Shown piece by piece: positions 34,461-37,583 of a stretch of 37,583 nt of DNA. The notes beneath the pieces were generated by a model. That model did not search any database, had not been told where the DNA came from, and saw only the letters and a list, made by a program, of their open reading frames with translations. Both the position numbers and the translations under genes were made by a program. Origin of the DNA: a virus; IMG/VR virus record IMGVR_UViG_2651869525_000001, positions 1 to 37,583 of that record; one strand, given 5' to 3'. The first letter of the stretch is position 1; each line of letters begins with the position of its first letter.

Positions 34461-34625
34461 TTATTTTATTAAATCAATATATCTAATTGACAATTTACTT
34501 AAAGAATAAAAAACAAAAGAAAATAATAATATACATAAAATTATAAATAATATATTTTCAATTCTTTTTTCTCTTTTTTCTACTCTTATTCTTGACCCAA
34601 AACCATTATTAATTAATTTTTCCAT
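34461..34625 (-). CDS. Small membrane protein (54 aa)
   Basis: Hand translation: MEKLINNGFGSRIRVEKREKRIENILFIILCILLFSFVFYSLSKLSIRYIDLIK. Fits exactly between neighbouring genes (gaps of 2 and 4 nt). Below the track cutoff. Confidence 0.5.
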   Translation of the reverse strand: MEKLINNGFGSRIRVEKREKRIENILFIILCILLFSFVFYSLSKLSIRYIDLIK

Positions 34626-34627
34626 AT

Positions 34628-35020
34628 CTATTTTACTTTTTTTAATTGTTCTTGATAAAATTCAAGCATTTTACTATCTACCCATTTACAAAAATCTAAA
34701 TAAACATCATTATGTGTTTTTTCTGATACATCTCTTATTTGATGTTTCCAAAAAGAAATTATTTCTTGTCTTTTTTCTTGAGCCCAACTTCCTTTTTGTG
34801 GTTTAATTTCTATTTTATTACCACCAACTTTTAAATCTAAAATTGATTGAGTTTTAAATTTATATTCATACATAAATTCTCCATTGTGTAGAGATTTTTT
34901 TCCAGTATCTGGTATTTCTCCTATTAGAGTTATAATTACTTCTTTATTTTCATAACCTTTTTCTAAGTGTTTTTCCATTTCAGCACCTCCTCCTATTTTA
35001 ATTTTAATTGTGTCTCTCAT
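34628..35020 (-). CDS. Hypothetical protein (130 aa)
   Basis: ORF starting 2 nt after the regulator gene. Confidence 0.55.
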   Translation of the reverse strand: MRDTIKIKIGGGAEMEKHLEKGYENKEVIITLIGEIPDTGKKSLHNGEFMYEYKFKTQSILDLKVGGNKIEIKPQKGSWAQEKRQEIISFWKHQIRDVSEKTHNDVYLDFCKWVDSKMLEFYQEQLKKVK

Positions 35021-35022
35021 AA

Positions 35023-35262
35023 TTATTTAAGTTTATATATTTTAGTCATTGTGTAATCTTTTCCTACAAAACCCACAACTTCTATAATTTCTACTTCTCT
35101 TAATTCCTTTATTAATATTCTTGCATTTGCAAAAGATAAATTAAGTTTTTCTTGCACTTCTCTTCTTGTTAAAGGTTTTTTACTTTTTTTAAATAACTCT
35201 ATAACAGGTTGATGTCTTTTTGTTATTTTTACTACTTTTTTTTTAATTGTTTTTTGCGTCAT
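35023..35262 (-). CDS. Winged-helix DNA-binding regulator (79 aa)
   Basis: HQPVIELFKKSKKPLTRREVQEKLNLSFANARILIKELREVEIIEVVG has a MarR/ArsR-like wHTH layout. It lies directly downstream of a motif-rich non-coding region. Confidence 0.5.
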   Translation of the reverse strand: MTQKTIKKKVVKITKRHQPVIELFKKSKKPLTRREVQEKLNLSFANARILIKELREVEIIEVVGFVGKDYTMTKIYKLK

Positions 35263-35342
35263 ATTCTGAATTTTTTATACTTAATGATACTTTCTATCAC
35301 TTTATTATTAAATCTTCTCTAAAGTCTAAATTTTAAGCTACA

Positions 35343-35388
35343 GAGTGTCTTATAGAGTGAGTATAGGATAGGAGTGTGCTAATCACTC
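35343..35388. promoter_or_regulatory. Cluster of GAGTG/CACTC half-sites (candidate operator or structured RNA)
   Basis: GAGTG at 35343, 35355 and 35372, and CACTC at 35384, giving GAGTG-N7-CACTC. A 9-bp long-range pairing joins 35363..35371 with 35425..35433. CACTC-N9-GAGTG occurs at 2467..2485. Confidence 0.4.
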
Positions 35389-35434
35389 GTAAGCATTGTT
35401 TAATTCTCCCATAAATAAACATTTCTATCCTATT

Positions 35435-35458
35435 TTCACCCTATAAGGTGAATTTTTT
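35435..35458 (+). terminator. Hairpin plus T6 that reads as an intrinsic terminator on the plus strand
   Basis: TTCACC (35435..35440), loop CTATAA, GGTGAA (35447..35452), then TTTTTT (35453..35458). On the minus strand no U-run follows the hairpin. Confidence 0.4.
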
Positions 35459-35459
35459 A

Positions 35460-35792
35460 TTAAAAAGGAATGTCGTCTACATTTAATTCTTTTTCAGTAT
35501 TATCTGTATTATCTTTTTTTAATAATTCGTTAAGATAACTTCTTGAAATTATTATATATTCATCAACTTTTGTCCCGTCTTTTCTTTCATATCCATTGTC
35601 TAATTTTCCTGAATAGAAAGCACCTTTATCAGTTTCTTTTAACCAAACACCACCAACTATTTTTTTATTCTCATATTTATCATCTGAGATTGATATATTA
35701 TGTGATTGATTTTTTGTATTTTTAAGTTCACTAAGTGGAGTATCATTTTTTCTAAAAAGAGATACATTTTTATAAATTGTTTTATCTATCAT
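35460..35792 (-). CDS. SSB-like protein with a C-terminal DDIPF tip
   Basis: Ends ...ELNVDDIPF, matching the bacterial SSB C-terminal DDDIPF tip. Adjacent to the ERF recombinase. The body (GGVWLKETDKGAFYSGKL) is short and atypical. Confidence 0.5.
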   Translation of the reverse strand: MIDKTIYKNVSLFRKNDTPLSELKNTKNQSHNISISDDKYENKKIVGGVWLKETDKGAFYSGKLDNGYERKDGTKVDEYIIISRSYLNELLKKDNTDNTEKELNVDDIPF

Positions 35793-35797
35793 AAATT

Positions 35798-36244
35798 TTA
35801 ATATTCTATTTCATTATTAATCTCTTTATTAATTTCTTTTGTTTTATTCTGAAATTCATCAGTATCGGCGTCTTTTGTATCATCAATACAGAATAATCCA
35901 TTTAAAGCATATTTTCTTGCATAAGAAGAAGTTGCTCCTGTTATTTGGCTATCATCCATTCCTTTTTTATCAAGACTTTCTCTTGCAAAAGCATTTACTG
36001 AAATATTATCTTCTCCATCTGAAAAAGTTGCTGTTGCTTTTACATAATATCTTTCTCCAATTTGGATTATGTCGTCTGATATTGTTAAAGATAATTTTCC
36101 ATTTAAAATAGGTTTTACTGCTTCTAAAATATCTTCCGCACTTCTATATTTATATTTTCCAAAATTATTTGTTTGTCCTTTTGGAGCTTTTAAAATATTT
36201 TGCACTTCTGCTAATTTTGTATGTATATTTGTTTTTTCTTCCAT
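35798..36244 (-). CDS. ERF-family single-strand annealing protein
   Basis: KLAEVQNILKAPKGQTNNFGKYKYRSAEDILEAVKPIL and GATSSYARKYALNGLF match ERF signatures (recalled). Confidence 0.75.
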   Translation of the reverse strand: MEEKTNIHTKLAEVQNILKAPKGQTNNFGKYKYRSAEDILEAVKPILNGKLSLTISDDIIQIGERYYVKATATFSDGEDNISVNAFARESLDKKGMDDSQITGATSSYARKYALNGLFCIDDTKDADTDEFQNKTKEINKEINNEIEY

Positions 36245-36252
36245 AATTTTAT

Positions 36253-36570
36253 TTATTCTTGTGTTATTTCTATATCACTTCCATCAAAATCAAATCTATC
36301 TACATCTGATTGATAATCTTCATCATTAAATTCTCCTTTCTTTTCTTTTTCTGTCATATTCTTTAAAGGATTATTTTTATAATAAATTTCTTTATTTAAT
36401 ATATATTCATTTATATCTTTTTTCTTTTCTTCTAAACCTTTTAATTCTATTTCTAATTCTTTTACTTCTTTTTGAAGAGAATCATTATCTAATCTATTTT
36501 CATTTTCAATTTGCCACTTTTTATTTTCTATAAGTATTTTTACAACTTTTATTTTTTCTTCGTTTGTCAT
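36253..36570 (-). CDS. Coiled-coil hypothetical protein (105 aa)
   Basis: Glu/Lys-rich ORF upstream of ERF. Confidence 0.55.
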   Translation of the reverse strand: MTNEEKIKVVKILIENKKWQIENENRLDNDSLQKEVKELEIELKGLEEKKKDINEYILNKEIYYKNNPLKNMTEKEKKGEFNDEDYQSDVDRFDFDGSDIEITQE

Positions 36571-36639
36571 ATTTATCTTGTTAATGAAAATCTTGTAAAA
36601 TTTACTGATACCATATCTACTATATTTGGTATATCATGA

Positions 36640-36789
36640 CTATATCCTGTTTTTAAATCTGTTTCCTTTATTGATGTTATTATTATTTTCATATATTTTT
36701 TTATTTCTACGATTTTGTTCTATTTCCATTTTTTCAACTGGAGTTACATATATTAAAGGTTCTATTAATTCTTCAAAAAATTCTCTCAT
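36640..36789 (-). CDS. Possible small protein (49 aa)
   Basis: Hand translation: MREFFEELIEPLIYVTPVEKMEIEQNRRNKKIYENNNNINKGNRFKNRI. The only minus-strand ORF in the 343-nt gap; the track shows only an antisense ORF here. Confidence 0.3.
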   Translation of the reverse strand: MREFFEELIEPLIYVTPVEKMEIEQNRRNKKIYENNNNINKGNRFKNRI

Positions 36790-36913
36790 AATTATTTTAT
36801 TATTAAATACTCCTAGTAATTGGAGATTAATTTATCTGATTTCTAACCCATGTTTTGTTTACAATTAACTTATCTATAATAAGTATATATCATGTTAGAA
36901 AATAATGCAAGTA

Positions 36914-37303
36914 TTATAAATTAATAATTGGGGATAACTCATTTTTTTCTTTATTTTTAAGCTTATCATCTGCTTCTCTGTGATGAACTGGACATAACCA
37001 AATAATTTTTAAAGGTTGATTATAATCTTCATGATGAGCTTGTCCTTTTGGTTTATCACATATAGCACAATTACCTCTTATTAATTTACCTGTATAAATA
37101 AGGTTATTGATTATACTTCTTGCTTTTACTTTTTCAGGGTATCTTTTTTGACTATTTATTTCATTATGATAACCATTTTCTTTTCTCCATTTTTTATTAT
37201 ATTCACGATTATAAGCTCTTAGTTTTTTTAAGTTTTTTTGTCTATATTCTGTATAATATTTATTATATTCTTCTTTTGTTTTGAATAATTTTAAATTAGG
37301 CAT
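36914..37303 (-). CDS. HNH endonuclease
   Basis: CAICDKPKGQAHHEDYNQPLKIIWLCPVHHREAD is a CxxC...HH..Y...LC..HH His-Me finger. The N-terminus has the Y/K/N-rich repeats common in phage HNH proteins. Confidence 0.7.
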   Translation of the reverse strand: MPNLKLFKTKEEYNKYYTEYRQKNLKKLRAYNREYNKKWRKENGYHNEINSQKRYPEKVKARSIINNLIYTGKLIRGNCAICDKPKGQAHHEDYNQPLKIIWLCPVHHREADDKLKNKEKNELSPIINL

Positions 37304-37583
37304 AAGTTAAATAATCTTTTAAATAATTTTCATCTGATAAAATTTCTTCTGTTATTAAAATACCCTTTCTAAATTTCTTATATCCATAAATTCTTTCGTA
37401 TTCATTTCTTCCACTTTTAAAATCTTTTATCATAGACTTTTTTGTTTTATATTCTTTACCATTAAAAAGATATCCAATAATAACTTTTTTATTATATAAA
37501 CTATCTTCTAAACTTAATTGTTTATCATCTTTTCTATATAACCACATTTCATTTTCATTTTTATAATATGGTGATTTTTTAAA
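37296..37583 (-). CDS. 3' part of the wrap-around hypothetical gene (5' end at 167..1)
   Basis: Track ORF 37296..37547, with the frame open to the window end. See feature 1..167 for the likely true start. Confidence 0.65.
   Translation of the reverse strand, partial: FKKSPYYKNENEMWLYRKDDKQLSLEDSLYNKKVIIGYLFNGKEYKTKKSMIKDFKSGRNEYERIYGYKKFRKGILITEEILSDENYLKDYLTYA
37483..37583. repeat. Terminal direct repeat, copy 2
   Basis: Identical to positions 1..101. Confidence 0.95.

Noticed and set aside
1-37583. Alternative genetic code (TGA or TAG reassignment), as seen in some low-GC lineages and their phages.
   Set aside because: Standard-code ORFs of up to 2.1 kb tile the genome with very few gaps. 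Trp is encoded by TGG, and I saw no chains of same-frame ORF fragments separated by TGA or TAG. The single TGA stop at 2990 is followed directly by TAA.
29110-37583. Lysogeny module (integrase, CI-like repressor, attP).
   Set aside because: No tyrosine or serine recombinase motifs were seen in any ORF. The only HTH proteins are the 79-aa wHTH protein and the replication initiator. Temperate behaviour cannot be inferred.

Overview
The window is a complete, strongly AT-rich, tail-less-looking (podovirus-like) dsDNA phage genome. The first 101 nt are identical to the last 101 nt, so the unique circle is 37,482 bp and one gene wraps the junction. A divergent control region at 2317..2689 splits the genome into two arms. 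The plus-strand arm (2690..28801) carries small accessory genes, a free-standing GIY-YIG endonuclease, small and large terminase, scaffold, a decoration-like protein and the major capsid. These are followed by tail fibre and structural genes, a T7-type portal placed unusually far downstream, two large internal-virion-like proteins, and a PurD-like ATP-grasp ligase next to a hyper-acidic Thr/Glu-repeat protein. It ends with a self-contained promoter-leader-gene-terminator unit encoding a membrane-anchored peptidoglycan hydrolase. The minus-strand arm starts with the replication initiator at 2316, runs down through position 1, wraps to 37583 and continues down to about 28850. It carries the initiator (with candidate origin iterons inside the gene), a DnaB-like helicase, an HNH nuclease, an ERF recombinase, an SSB-like protein with a DDIPF tail and a winged-helix regulator. 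About 20 small unknown genes follow, then a CHAP lysin-holin cassette. I found no tRNA, rRNA, CRISPR array, integrase, polymerase or reverse transcriptase. A TGnTATAAT extended -10 promoter recurs at least nine times; in two cases the ATG sits at the expected transcription start, implying leaderless mRNAs. Most genes lack a Shine-Dalgarno sequence. The most interesting candidates are the ATP-grasp plus acidic repeat protein pair, the structured non-coding regions that share GAGTG/CACTC half-sites, the hydrolase unit with its roughly 200-nt folded leader, and a SLOG-like early gene coupled to a repeat-containing protein. All functional calls rest on motifs read by eye and recalled family signatures. 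No database search was possible.
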